From: Candidatus Thorarchaeota archaeon
GTDB taxonomy: Archaea; Asgardarchaeota; Thorarchaeia; Thorarchaeales; Thorarchaeaceae
Assembly: GCA_048882385.1 (NCBI GenBank)
Contig: JBHLRQ010000082.1
Coordinates: 1 to 13,992 of the forward strand
Direction: 5' to 3'
Length of the DNA stretch: 13,992 nucleotides
Positions 1 through 9,852 of the stretch are shown here, piece after piece; positions within the stretch are counted from its first letter, which is position 1, and each line of letters begins with the position of its first letter. Below the pieces are notes generated by a model, which saw only the letters and a list, made by a program, of their open reading frames with translations, did not search any database and was not told where the DNA came from. The translations under genes were made by a program, and so were the position numbers.

Positions 1-1
1 T

Positions 2-754
2 CCAGAGTTCTTAGGTCCACGCTTGGAGTATGTTTATGCTAAAGGATCTGCATTGAAGAAATGGGATTCTCATATTGATTATGTTCCGATAATTAGTGAT
101 GTGGACATCCATATAGGTATTCATGACGATATGCCTTTATTTGTTGGTTCTTCTGATGATTTTGATGTTGCATTAGACCTGTCTGCAAAATGTGAGGGAG
201 AGTTCATTGAACGAAGACCAGACAATTTACATATACCAAGAATGCAAGTCATTGAAACACGATTTCTTAAACAATCCGATAAATACACACCTCCCCGATT
301 AAAAGACATCAGGATTCTATATGGCAAACCAGTTCTTGCTGAACCGCCACCTCCTGAAATGATTCGAACGGGTGATTTAGCTAGGATATTAGAAGACGAA
401 GAGTATATTGTAGACTTACCTCGTCGTATTCTCGATCGGACTGGGCTCGATTTTTGGGCGGTCATTCGTCAAATGTGCTGGCGAGTAGCACCTTCACCTG
501 TAAGAATTCTCACACAAACTCATAATGACCCAATTGAATTGTGGTCATGGAATCGAACTAAAATTCACCGAGAACTGGTAGAATCAGGTTTTGAAACACT
601 TGCTGAGAATTATTATGGATTCTATAATTCAGGATGGAAACTCTATCTATCGAATTTTCAAGGTTTGGAAGAGTATCGTGAAACAGTGAAAAATGGATAT
701 TATGTTCTTCATGAGTGTTTCAAAATAGCTAGCAAGTTACCAAAAAATGGATGA
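2..754 (+). CDS. Putative nucleotidyltransferase (Pol-beta NTase superfamily-like) protein, probably 5'-truncated by the window edge
   Basis: The frame is open from position 2 (PEFLGPRLEYVYAKGS...); the first in-window start is TTG at 23. It has an hhhxGS motif (VYAKGS) followed by SDVDI (DxD), and a helical-looking C-terminal half. Confidence 0.55.
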   Translation, partial: PEFLGPRLEYVYAKGSALKKWDSHIDYVPIISDVDIHIGIHDDMPLFVGSSDDFDVALDLSAKCEGEFIERRPDNLHIPRMQVIETRFLKQSDKYTPPRLKDIRILYGKPVLAEPPPPEMIRTGDLARILEDEEYIVDLPRRILDRTGLDFWAVIRQMCWRVAPSPVRILTQTHNDPIELWSWNRTKIHRELVESGFETLAENYYGFYNSGWKLYLSNFQGLEEYRETVKNGYYVLHECFKIASKLPKNG

Positions 755-806
755 ATCTAGGTTGATGAAATCGAGTTATGAAAATTCAATTCTGAATTCT
801 TCTAGC

Positions 807-1787
807 TCATCCATATAGATGACAGGCAACTAGTCTATCATTACCCATGTCTATGAGTTCTGGTTCCTCAATTGGACATCTATCAAATGCTTTTGGACAT
901 CTAGGATTGAAGCGGCATCCTGGTGGTGGATTGATTGGACTTGGAATTTCCCCTCTAGGCACAGCCTCATTCTTTTCGATTCTTGGATTTGGCACAGGAA
1001 TTGCACTCATCAATCCTTTCGAGTATGGATGTAACGGGTCTTCGTACAAGCTATCCTTGTCACCCACCTCAACGATTCTTCCAAGATACATTATAGCTAT
1101 TCTGTCACACACATGTCGAGCCGTAGCTAAATCGTGACTGATGAATAGGTAAGTTAGATTGAGTTCCTTCTTCAAGTCTGTCATAAGATCGAGGATTTGG
1201 GCCTTTATTGAAACATCAACCATTGCAACAGGTTCATCAGTTACTACAAACTCTGGTTCAAGTACTATCGCTCTGCCAAAGACAACACGTTGTCGTTGCC
1301 CACCACTTAACTGGTGTGGTAGTCTATTATAGAATGAGCTTGCTGGAGAAAGACCAACACGTTCCAAAGTTTCAATTGCACGTTCTTTCCTTTCATCCTT
1401 TGTGCCCATTCTCTGGAATCTCAAAGCATCAGCAATTGCGTCTCCAACCGTGAGTCTGGGATTCAGTGATGATGTGGGATCTTGAAATGTGAATTGTATC
1501 TTTCTTCGTAAGAAACGCAGATTGCTTCCCTTTGCTTTTGCAATATCTTTTCCGTCGTAGATGATTTTTCCTTCAGTAGGCTTTAACAATCGAACACAGA
1601 GCCTACCGGTTGTGGTTTTTCCTGAACCGCTCTCTCCAGCAAGTCCTAATACTTCTCCTTTTCTTATTTCAAATGAAACATCATCGACAGCTCTGACGAA
1701 GGTTTGCTCTTTCGATATTAGCGATTCCACAAATCCCTTTTGAACTGGGAAGTATTTTTTGACATTCTTGAATTCCATCAACGCCAT
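807..1787 (-). CDS. oppF: Oligopeptide/dipeptide ABC transporter ATP-binding subunit (OppF/DppF)
   Basis: Walker A GESGSGKTT, Q-loop FQDP, signature LSGGQRQR, Walker B VVTDEP, H-loop SHD, HPY motif and C-terminal Cys cluster (GCRFNPRC...C...VACH). Last gene of the operon. Confidence 0.93.
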   Translation of the reverse strand: MALMEFKNVKKYFPVQKGFVESLISKEQTFVRAVDDVSFEIRKGEVLGLAGESGSGKTTTGRLCVRLLKPTEGKIIYDGKDIAKAKGSNLRFLRRKIQFTFQDPTSSLNPRLTVGDAIADALRFQRMGTKDERKERAIETLERVGLSPASSFYNRLPHQLSGGQRQRVVFGRAIVLEPEFVVTDEPVAMVDVSIKAQILDLMTDLKKELNLTYLFISHDLATARHVCDRIAIMYLGRIVEVGDKDSLYEDPLHPYSKGLMSAIPVPNPRIEKNEAVPRGEIPSPINPPPGCRFNPRCPKAFDRCPIEEPELIDMGNDRLVACHLYG

Positions 1788-1790
1788 GAC

Positions 1791-2816
1791 TCATTCCTCC
1801 GGATAAAGGTGACATGCAACCAGTCTATTTTTCTTAACCTCAATTAGTGGAGGTACTTTTGATTTGCAGACATCCATTGCATGTGGGCATCTTGGATTAT
1901 ACATGCAACCCGGAATTGGATCAACAAGGTCTGGGGGAGCTCCGGGAATCCACGACAGTTTCTTTTCTGGTTTTGAAGCATCAGGAACTGACTGAAGAAG
2001 TGCTTGAGCATATGGATGCAATGAATCCTCAAACAAATCAATTGTAGGCGATAATTCCATTATTCTTCCTGTGTACATGATTGCGATAGTGTCAGCAGTT
2101 TGAGCAAGAACCCCGAGATTGTGAGTGATTAGAATCATGGTAAGGTCAAAGACATCTTTTAACTCTGCAATCTCTTCTAATATCTGAGCTTCAACTATGA
2201 CGTCGAGGGAAGTTGTAGGTTCGTCTGCTATCAAAAGTTTAGGTCTGAGAGCTAGACCAAGACCAATCATGACTCGTTGTCTCATTCCTCCACTAAATTG
2301 ATGCGGGTAGTCTTTGATTCTTTCTGGCAATATTCCCAGACCGTCGAGAATCTCCTCTGCTCTCTCCAAAGCCGCTTCATCTTCGATCTCAGGGTTGTGA
2401 GCCTTCATTATCTCAATGAAATGAGTGCCAATTGTAATCATAGGATTGAGTGAGGTCATTGGATCTTGGAAAATGTAAGCTATCTCTTCTCCTCTGATAG
2501 CTCGCATCTCATCTTCTGAAAGGTCCATAATGTTTACTAATCCCTTTTCAACAACTCCTTTCTTGTATGGGATGTCCTCTTTAAGATCGAAGATCATCTC
2601 ACCATTCGTAATCTTTCCTGGATATGGTACAAGTTTCATTATTGCTCTACCTAGAGTGGTCTTACCGCATCCACTCTCTCCAGCTAGACCAAGAGTTTTG
2701 TTTTCAACAAGTTTCAATGAGACATTATCAACAGCCCGGGCTAAACCTCGACGTGTTTTGTATTCAACAGTAAGCTGATTGATGTCTAGTAATGTGGGAT
2801 TATCAAACTCAACCAA
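1791..2816 (-). CDS. oppD: Oligopeptide/dipeptide ABC transporter ATP-binding subunit (OppD/DppD)
   Basis: GESGCGKTT, FQDPMTSLNP, FSGGMRQR, LIADEPTT, THN, HPY and Cys cluster. Start reassigned to TTG at 2816, which follows GGAGTGA just after the oppC stop; the ORF-track start at 2930 lies inside oppC. Confidence 0.92.
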   Translation of the reverse strand: MVEFDNPTLLDINQLTVEYKTRRGLARAVDNVSLKLVENKTLGLAGESGCGKTTLGRAIMKLVPYPGKITNGEMIFDLKEDIPYKKGVVEKGLVNIMDLSEDEMRAIRGEEIAYIFQDPMTSLNPMITIGTHFIEIMKAHNPEIEDEAALERAEEILDGLGILPERIKDYPHQFSGGMRQRVMIGLGLALRPKLLIADEPTTSLDVIVEAQILEEIAELKDVFDLTMILITHNLGVLAQTADTIAIMYTGRIMELSPTIDLFEDSLHPYAQALLQSVPDASKPEKKLSWIPGAPPDLVDPIPGCMYNPRCPHAMDVCKSKVPPLIEVKKNRLVACHLYPEE

Positions 2817-2821
2817 TTGTA

Positions 2822-4093
2822 TCACTCCTTCAATTTTGGTGTTAATATCTCGTTGAGTCCTTCTCCAGCTAAAGTAAAGCCCAAAGCAAGGATTACAATC
2901 ATTAAACCTGGAAAAGTGATGCTCCACCATTTTCCAGCCACATATTCATGGGAACCCCATGTCAAATCCCATCCCCAGTCAGGAACATCTACAGGCAATC
3001 CGAGTCCGACAAATGTCAGTCCTGCTGCGGTTAGTATAGCATCAGCGAAGTTGATAGACATCACTACAATTGAGGACGCAAGGATATTGGGCAAAATGTA
3101 CCTTAGAAGTATCTCTCTATTTCGTGCTCCCATAACTACTGCTGCTTCAACGTAGGGTAGCTCCTTTACAGTCAAGACCTGGCTTCGGACCACCCTAAAA
3201 TAGGATGGAATATATACAACTCCAATTGCCAACGCCATGTTTATGACACCAGGTCCAAGCATTGCTGCAATTGCTATTGCTAGAACAAGTCCTGGAAATG
3301 CGAAAATACTGTCCATTACAAGAGAAACAATTCTATCTACAGCTCCACCTTTATAGGATGCGGCCAGACCTAAAGGCACTCCAATTGAGAAGCAAATCAA
3401 TACTGATAGCATCGCAACTTGAAGCATTATACCTCCGCCAGCTATCACCCTACTGAGAAGATCTTGTCCTATTGAAGTAGTTCCCAAAGGAAACTCAGAG
3501 GACGGTGGTGCACCATAGGGACCCACATCAAGTCTTGATGGGTCATAAGGCACAATCCACCATGATAATGCAGTCATATAGACTACTGAGAAGACTATCA
3601 ATAAGCCTCCCATGGAAATGAATCCTGGTGAGCCTCTGTCGCTTAATCTCGGATAGCCCTCGTATAGTAGGAGTATAATTAGAGAGAGAGATATGCTCCC
3701 TATTGGAAGTGTTGAAGCAAGACTGGAATCGGTTATTTCTGATGGTTGATATATAGACCCTAGTAAGAATGTAAGAGCCACCATCGCCCCAGCAACAATG
3801 ATGAAAACTATGTTCGCTCGTTTTTGGGTCATAGTCATTTGCTCGATAAGTGTACGACGAAATACCGCTGTTAGGAATAAGACGAACCCAAAGAGGAAGG
3901 TGTAACCTATCACAGGTAGACCAATCCCAGAGAATGCTCCTATTCCAAAGAGTATGAGTCCCATCAACATCAAAATAGTACATCCAAGTATTATAATGAA
4001 GGCGCCCCACCACTTTCGCGATTTTTCACTGAACGTATCTCTTGGTGGTTTCAAACGCATGAATACACCGCTCACCAGACTTTTCTGAGTCAT
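2822..4093 (-). CDS. oppC: Peptide ABC transporter permease (OppC/DppC) with N-terminal multi-TM extension
   Basis: PPS..FPLGT..GQDLLSRV motif, EAA loop (YVEAAVVMGA...ILPN), PDWG, WW..FPG; SD AGGAGG upstream of the ATG. Confidence 0.92.
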   Translation of the reverse strand: MTQKSLVSGVFMRLKPPRDTFSEKSRKWWGAFIIILGCTILMLMGLILFGIGAFSGIGLPVIGYTFLFGFVLFLTAVFRRTLIEQMTMTQKRANIVFIIVAGAMVALTFLLGSIYQPSEITDSSLASTLPIGSISLSLIILLLYEGYPRLSDRGSPGFISMGGLLIVFSVVYMTALSWWIVPYDPSRLDVGPYGAPPSSEFPLGTTSIGQDLLSRVIAGGGIMLQVAMLSVLICFSIGVPLGLAASYKGGAVDRIVSLVMDSIFAFPGLVLAIAIAAMLGPGVINMALAIGVVYIPSYFRVVRSQVLTVKELPYVEAAVVMGARNREILLRYILPNILASSIVVMSINFADAILTAAGLTFVGLGLPVDVPDWGWDLTWGSHEYVAGKWWSITFPGLMIVILALGFTLAGEGLNEILTPKLKE

Positions 4094-4104
4094 TTCAATT
4101 CCTC

Positions 4105-5115
4105 CTACAGACGAATTCGGGGGTCTAAATATGCGTAGAGAATGTCCACGATCAACGTTACAAAACTAACAAGGACACCGAAGAAAACTACGACTCCTTG
4201 TATCGCTGTATAGTCCCGATGGTTGATTCTTTGAACAAGGTATGTCCCAAGACCTGGCCAGCTAAACGTTGTTTCAGTGAGAACAGCTCCAGCAAGGAGA
4301 GCTGCAAACTGCAGACCAATCATTGTTAGAATAGGAAGGAATGCATTTTTGAGAGCATATGTGTAGGTGATCTTACTTTCAGAGAGTCCTCTGGCTTCTG
4401 CAGCTACAACAAAATCCATTCTAAGAGTTTCCAACATGTTGGTTCTTGTCAGTCGTATGAATATGCCACATAGGACGGTACCTAAGGTAATTGAAGGTAA
4501 GAGCAGGTACCGGAAAGCTACCACGAACGCTGTTATGTTTCCAGTTAAGAGACTGTCTATCGTATACAGCCCTGTGATTGTTGGTGGCGAATCAATTCGA
4601 GGATCAAATCGTGTGCCAGTGGGAAGGACCCCCAACCAAATTGAGAAAATGAACTGGAGTATCATTCCCAAGAAAAATACTGGAATTGCATATGTAACAA
4701 TCCCAAAAAATCTGATTCCATGATCCTGAGCACTGTCATAACGCTTTGAGGATTTTACTCCAAGTGCAACACCAAGTAGAACTGCAAATAGCATCGAGTA
4801 TAGTGTTAGCTCAAGTGTTGCAGGAAACCTTACCCAGATGTGGCCGCTGATTGAGGAATAATCCTGCATCGATAAACCTAGATCGAGTGTTAAGAGACCA
4901 AATAGATAATTGAAATACTGAACATGGGGTGGTAAATCTAATCCAAGTATATGTCGAAATTCTGCTAGCACTTCAGGATCAACATTCTTTTCAAAATGAA
5001 GTAATGCTGGATCCCCTGGTATTACTCTTATAATTAGAAAAACAAGTGTGAGAAGAAGCATTATCATGGGGATTGTTAGAAGGACCCGGCTAACGATATA
5101 CGTCCTTAATGTCAT
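4105..5115 (-). CDS. oppB: Peptide ABC transporter permease (OppB/DppB)
   Basis: PGDPA, LGLD.P..VQY, FPATLEL, ARGL EAA-like loop, ET.FSWPGLG, RDY..IQG. The ATG at 5115 is preceded by AGGTG. Confidence 0.93.
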   Translation of the reverse strand: MTLRTYIVSRVLLTIPMIMLLLTLVFLIIRVIPGDPALLHFEKNVDPEVLAEFRHILGLDLPPHVQYFNYLFGLLTLDLGLSMQDYSSISGHIWVRFPATLELTLYSMLFAVLLGVALGVKSSKRYDSAQDHGIRFFGIVTYAIPVFFLGMILQFIFSIWLGVLPTGTRFDPRIDSPPTITGLYTIDSLLTGNITAFVVAFRYLLLPSITLGTVLCGIFIRLTRTNMLETLRMDFVVAAEARGLSESKITYTYALKNAFLPILTMIGLQFAALLAGAVLTETTFSWPGLGTYLVQRINHRDYTAIQGVVVFFGVLVSFVTLIVDILYAYLDPRIRL

Positions 5116-5246
5116 TAGTAACACCTACAATTGAATTCAGTGGAATATCAAAATTCTACCATTTCATTGTATCTTAAAGCCTTCGACCCAAGTAAATATA
5201 AAATCTGAAAAACCAGTTAGTTGTTTCCGAATAAAAAATGAGAGAT

Positions 5247-5268
5247 AGGCAGGTTGGATAACCTGCCT
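5247..5268 (-). terminator. Stem-loop followed by T-tract downstream of oppA (partial terminator or mRNA stabiliser)
   Basis: Perfect 9-bp inverted repeat AGGCAGGTT-GGAT-AACCTGCCT, 13 nt after the oppA stop, followed on the minus strand by ATCTCTCATTTTTTATT. Confidence 0.6.
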
Positions 5269-5281
5269 GTTATCAGATAAA

Positions 5282-6925
5282 CTAAGTTGTGGGCGCCTCG
5301 ATATACACTAACCAGTGACGCCAATTGACTGTAATATCTAGCACGACACCCTTGACATCAAGTTTTGTAACAGCTACGGTATTACTCTGCCATATCGGGA
5401 CAACTGAACATTCTTGTGCCTGCAATTCTTGCAGGTCCGTGTATGCCCATCCTCTGGCAGTGTCATTCTCAGCACTTCGCCCTTCATTCCACAGAGCGTA
5501 CTGATCAATTCCACCTTGTGGATAGGAGCTATTGTAGCCAAGGTTCAGCCATGATGCGAATGGTAGAAACTCATAGTTGTCGGGATCGATGAAGTCAGGA
5601 TACCATCCATAGATGAATACATCCATCGTTCCTTCGTTTCGTCGTGTTCTATATGTTGGCCAATCAATACCCGTGAGAGTGACTTCAATCACATTACTGT
5701 CTTCCCAGTCTTGCTGGTAAACAAGTGCTTGTTGTTGACTCGATGGATAGTGACCAGAACTCTCATAGTATAGATGCAACTGAAGCGGGTGCGTCTCATT
5801 AAAGCCAAATGGCGCTAATAGCTCCCTTGTCTTCGTATAATTAGCATCGCCCCAGATATCGAATGTATCTGTATGATATGCCATTCCGATGGGTATCATG
5901 CTATAGAGTTCATCAAAGTAACCTTTGAACACCGAATCCACAACATGTGTTCTGTTGATACCAGCTGTGATTCCCTGTCGTACTGCTGTTTCATTGTATG
6001 GGTAAATATCCTGCTGGAAACAGAGATATTGAATCTGGGCTCCAATACCCTCCCATACCTCGACATTCGTATTCTCCTTGAACGCGTCAATTTGGTCTGC
6101 AGTCAACTGTCTGTAAGCAACATCAATCTCACCAGCTGTCATGGCTGCAGCTAGTGTCTGGTCGCTCGAATACATCTTGATGATGATTCGTTCTGTCTTT
6201 GGATAACCAGCAGCAGCATTCCAGTAGTCTGGATTCTTAATCAGTGTGATGTGATCATCACTTCCACCAATTCTGACCCATTCTTGAAGTATGTATGGGC
6301 CAAGTGCAGCTGGAGTCTGTGGTGTTGATGTAAAGTTGACAAGCTCGTTCATTGGCGCAATTGCCCTGTCCACCATATATGATGCTGCACATGACATTAG
6401 CTGCAAGAATGGTGCAAATGCTATCTTCAGATAGAATCTTACCACAAATTCACTAATGATAGTGACATTTTCGATGATTGCATCATATTCCATGTTCAAC
6501 TGCGGTCCGTCGAGTTCGAAAAGACCTTCTCCGGTGAGGTTGCAGTTTCTGTCAAATGTATACTTGACATCTGTTGCATTAAACTCTCTGCCATCAGGGA
6601 ACAATACATTTTGTCTCAGAGTGAAGTCCCATATGGTACCTCCTCCGCTCACGTCCCAACTAGTCGCCAACGCAGGTAGTATATCATCAGCCCCTGCTTC
6701 GGAACCAGGATCAATCTCAACTAAGCCTGAGCTCAGTGCTATAATTGTATTCCATCCGAAGTAGTCGTATGACTGAGCCATGTCCAAGCTCGATTCCACA
6801 GAATCTGTAGTACCCACAACAATTGTAGGAACACCAGGTCCCGGTGGAAAGAGCACAATATAGGCTCCAACAGAACCGACGATAACTAGGATGACGACTA
6901 TTGCAATAGTCTGATTTCGTTCCAT
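5282..6925 (-). CDS. oppA: ABC transporter substrate-binding protein, family 5 (OppA/DppA-like), N-terminally membrane anchored
   Basis: N-terminal hydrophobic anchor; family 5 motifs P.LATSW..S...WDFTLR..V.F.DG..FNA.DVKYTF, GPY, NPDYW, VRQ.I..GINR, W.PD..DPD; SD GGAGG. Confidence 0.92.
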   Translation of the reverse strand: MERNQTIAIVVILVIVGSVGAYIVLFPPGPGVPTIVVGTTDSVESSLDMAQSYDYFGWNTIIALSSGLVEIDPGSEAGADDILPALATSWDVSGGGTIWDFTLRQNVLFPDGREFNATDVKYTFDRNCNLTGEGLFELDGPQLNMEYDAIIENVTIISEFVVRFYLKIAFAPFLQLMSCAASYMVDRAIAPMNELVNFTSTPQTPAALGPYILQEWVRIGGSDDHITLIKNPDYWNAAAGYPKTERIIIKMYSSDQTLAAAMTAGEIDVAYRQLTADQIDAFKENTNVEVWEGIGAQIQYLCFQQDIYPYNETAVRQGITAGINRTHVVDSVFKGYFDELYSMIPIGMAYHTDTFDIWGDANYTKTRELLAPFGFNETHPLQLHLYYESSGHYPSSQQQALVYQQDWEDSNVIEVTLTGIDWPTYRTRRNEGTMDVFIYGWYPDFIDPDNYEFLPFASWLNLGYNSSYPQGGIDQYALWNEGRSAENDTARGWAYTDLQELQAQECSVVPIWQSNTVAVTKLDVKGVVLDITVNWRHWLVYIEAPTT

Positions 6926-6985
6926 AATTCTATTCCTCCATCACGCAAAAGTAACGGGAAGAAGTGCCTCTGATTATGTTTTTTT

Positions 6986-6997
6986 TCTTTATAAAGA
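6986..6997 (-). promoter_or_regulatory. Putative archaeal TATA box of the opp operon
   Basis: TCTTTATAAAGA (core TTTATAAA at 6988-6995), about 65 nt upstream of the oppA ATG. Confidence 0.55.
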
Positions 6998-7087
6998 CCA
7001 ACCTTTACGCGGCGAAAGTGTTTCCACACACACCTGCATGAATACACTGGGTCAACATGAATAGTAATGTCCAATTCACTGTCTTGT

Positions 7088-7966
7088 TTAGAACTGTGAA
7101 AGAGCTCCTTTTCCCCTTACATACCTCTCAGTTCTTCTGAAGAGAACGACTCCCAATATGAGAAAGACCACATCGAGGATGATCAGTGCGATGATTGCAT
7201 TAATCACTCCTGAAAATGCCAATCCTTCCATTAGAAATCCTCTGAATGCTTCAACGCTCCATGTCAATGGTGATGCAACTGAAATATATTGAAGATATAT
7301 CGGAAGAACAGCAATTGGGTAGGACATCGGAGCTACAAGGAATAGTATGCTCGAGAGCATTTCCAGAATCATCCAGCCTTGTTTTGCCAAGATGACAATA
7401 CAGACGACGATTAATACGATACCCTGCATCCCGATGATTGAGAGTGCAACCACCCCGAGAGCTGGTAACACTCCCCAGAGATTGAGACCCACACCAAATA
7501 AGACCACAGAAGCCCCCAGCTGAAGGACAACTCCTAATCCTCCATGTTGGATGTTATGAAGAGTTGATCCCCAGATGAATGTGTTCTTACTCATTGGGGT
7601 GGTCATGATGGTTTCAAGGGTTCCAGCATTCTGTTCTCTGCGAAGAGTAAAACCACTACCCCAGATGAGGCTTATTGCTAGACCTGCATATGCACTACCA
7701 ATAGCGATATAGCTGATCCAGTCTCCAGAACCTACCATCCCCTCAAGAGCAGAAGATTCCGCGTTTCCAGTAACTGCTGTACCTGTCAATAACATGGGTA
7801 TGAACCACAGGAACGGCATGACAACGAACCACAGAATGCTCAGAGGATAACTGAGCTCAACCTGCCACTGTTTTATTGCCAATGCGTTTGCAGCTCTAAG
7901 TTCAGCTCGCCATCCTTTTCTCTCCCACATTCTCTTGAAAATGGGTGATACTGATTCTTCTGGCAT
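7088..7966 (-). CDS. ABC-2 type exporter permease
   Basis: About six hydrophobic segments, RREQNAGTLETIMTTP, YPIAVLP, SPLTW.VEAFR; abuts the upstream permease stop. Confidence 0.9.
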   Translation of the reverse strand: MPEESVSPIFKRMWERKGWRAELRAANALAIKQWQVELSYPLSILWFVVMPFLWFIPMLLTGTAVTGNAESSALEGMVGSGDWISYIAIGSAYAGLAISLIWGSGFTLRREQNAGTLETIMTTPMSKNTFIWGSTLHNIQHGGLGVVLQLGASVVLFGVGLNLWGVLPALGVVALSIIGMQGIVLIVVCIVILAKQGWMILEMLSSILFLVAPMSYPIAVLPIYLQYISVASPLTWSVEAFRGFLMEGLAFSGVINAIIALIILDVVFLILGVVLFRRTERYVRGKGALSQF

Positions 7967-8863
7967 TTAGAAGTCCCCCATGTGACCGCGGCTCTTGGTC
8001 CATTTCTCTGCGTATTTGAAAGATCCAAGTCCAAGTGTCCAGAAGAACACCCCAAGAACTGAAAGTCCAAAGAGGACTTGAGCAAAGGACAAGAGATCGA
8101 ACACTCCAGTGATTGCTAGCTCTCTTACTGTGATGATGCCTATTGTTGTTGGAATCAGATAGGCGAAGAACCTAATGCTTGAAGGTAGGGTCTGTATTGG
8201 ATACTGCACTGGAGATACAACATAGGTGGCATTGGATACTAGTTCAGTTAGAACTGATGGGTCCTTGAATACCAGAATCAGTCCAGCAACCATGAAGCTG
8301 AATCCATACAAAGCAATGACCATTACAATCATGATGATGATTGTTGGTAGAATTGCAATGAGCGAGTACGACACCCCAAACATGACCATCGATATGGCCA
8401 GAAGGACCAATGACTGGATTATGCATAGTGCAGTATCTGAGAATGCAGCACCCAAGAGGATACTGATACGTGGAACTGGAGTTGAGAACAAAGGCTCGAG
8501 AGTACCACTGAACTGCTCCCATCGGAAATTGTTACCAATGGCCCATATGCTATTGTCTAGGAACATGTACACAAACCAACCAATCACTGAGAATTGGATA
8601 TAATCTGAGAACCCAGATAGCTCTGTAAAGTATACATTTTCAGGTCCTGCAATTGCATTTACCATCAGTATAAACGGAGCAAACCAAAGGATTGGCATAA
8701 ACGCCCAAATAACCCAGTTAGAGGGATATCGCATAGCAATCCTAAGATTCTTCATAGCAAAGATTCTTGCAGCAGACCAGTCCATCATACGAGGCTTAAA
8801 GTCTGCCATGTAAATGCTCTCGATACGAGGCTTCTCATCCTTTTCCTGAACGGAGACTGTCAA
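7967..8863 (-). CDS. ABC-2 type exporter permease
   Basis: About six hydrophobic segments, RWEQFSGTLEPLFSTP, YPIQTLP, IPTT...VR; the TTG start overlaps the ATPase stop (TTGA). Confidence 0.9.
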   Translation of the reverse strand: MTVSVQEKDEKPRIESIYMADFKPRMMDWSAARIFAMKNLRIAMRYPSNWVIWAFMPILWFAPFILMVNAIAGPENVYFTELSGFSDYIQFSVIGWFVYMFLDNSIWAIGNNFRWEQFSGTLEPLFSTPVPRISILLGAAFSDTALCIIQSLVLLAISMVMFGVSYSLIAILPTIIIMIVMVIALYGFSFMVAGLILVFKDPSVLTELVSNATYVVSPVQYPIQTLPSSIRFFAYLIPTTIGIITVRELAITGVFDLLSFAQVLFGLSVLGVFFWTLGLGSFKYAEKWTKSRGHMGDF

Positions 8864-9852
8864 TCCTCAATCCTCCTTCCAGTCAACTGCAAGAATACGT
8901 CATCGAGAGTTGGTTCTTTCACTTCGAAGTGTTCGACCTTTACTCCACTGGTCGAACGCATGTAGTCGAGGAGAGTGTGTGCCATCTCATAGCCATTCTG
9001 TGCTGTCACAACTAGGTCGGAATGACCATTCCTTGTGTTCATGGTTGCAGACATGACATGCTCCATTTTCTTGATGAAATCGATGTCTGGAACACCAAGA
9101 ATCTTCATGTGAAGACTGTCATAGTCCCTGACTCCTTCCTTCAAATCATGTGGAGTCCCGAAACTCTTAATCTCTCCCTCGTTGATGAGTGCAATCTTAT
9201 CACAGAGCATGTCGGCTTCGTGCATGTAGTGTGTTGTCAGCAGAATGGTCTTGTCACGGAGCTTCTCCCGGATGTACTTTCTTAGATCTGATGCAAATGT
9301 TGGATCCAATCCTTGCGTTGGCTCATCGAAAAGTAATACCGGAGGGTCGTGAATGAGTGAACGTGCGAACACGATCTTCATCCGCATACCATGCGAAAGG
9401 TTCTCGGCCTTCTCGTCAGCCTTCTCAGTGAGTCCCATCCGCCCAAGTAGCTCATCTGCTCTTTCCTTTGCTTCGCTAGTGGGCATCCTGTATAGCTTCG
9501 CAAAGAAGATGATGTTCTCCCTGGCACTCAGCTTCCAGTAGATGCTTCTCTCATTTCCCTGACATACGCCCATCGATGCTCTTGCGTATGTGGATTCCTT
9601 TAGTACATCATATCCATTTACTCTGGCTGATCCAGAGGTCGGAAGAACAAGGGTTGCGAGGCATTTGATCAGAGTCGTTTTCCCGGCACCGTTGGGTCCA
9701 AGTAAGCCATAGATCTGACCCTTCGGTATGTCCAGTGAAACCGACTTGAGAGCCTCAACCTTCTTCTTCTCAGTAGGAATGATGATAGCCTTCCTCTTTA
9801 CACTGATGAAGGTCTTTGATAGGTTCTCTATTTCTACAGCGTTACTTGTCAA
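8860..9852 (-). CDS. ABC-2 type exporter ATP-binding protein (DrrA/CcmA-like multidrug family)
   Basis: GLLGPNGAGKTT, LSHGMR signature, LLFDEPTQGLDP, LLTTHYMHEAD, C-terminal EPTLDDVFL.LTG. TTG start with GGGAGGT SD. Confidence 0.92.
   Translation of the reverse strand: MTSNAVEIENLSKTFISVKRKAIIIPTEKKKVEALKSVSLDIPKGQIYGLLGPNGAGKTTLIKCLATLVLPTSGSARVNGYDVLKESTYARASMGVCQGNERSIYWKLSARENIIFFAKLYRMPTSEAKERADELLGRMGLTEKADEKAENLSHGMRMKIVFARSLIHDPPVLLFDEPTQGLDPTFASDLRKYIREKLRDKTILLTTHYMHEADMLCDKIALINEGEIKSFGTPHDLKEGVRDYDSLHMKILGVPDIDFIKKMEHVMSATMNTRNGHSDLVVTAQNGYEMAHTLLDYMRSTSGVKVEHFEVKEPTLDDVFLQLTGRRIED

Noticed and set aside
780-802. Inverted repeat AATTCA-ATTC-TGAATT between the convergent genes
   Set aside because: Short and AT-rich; expected by chance.
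2817-2930. N-terminal extension of OppD in the ORF track (start 2930)
   Set aside because: It overlaps the 3' end of oppC out of frame; the TTG at 2816 with a GGAGTGA SD fits better.
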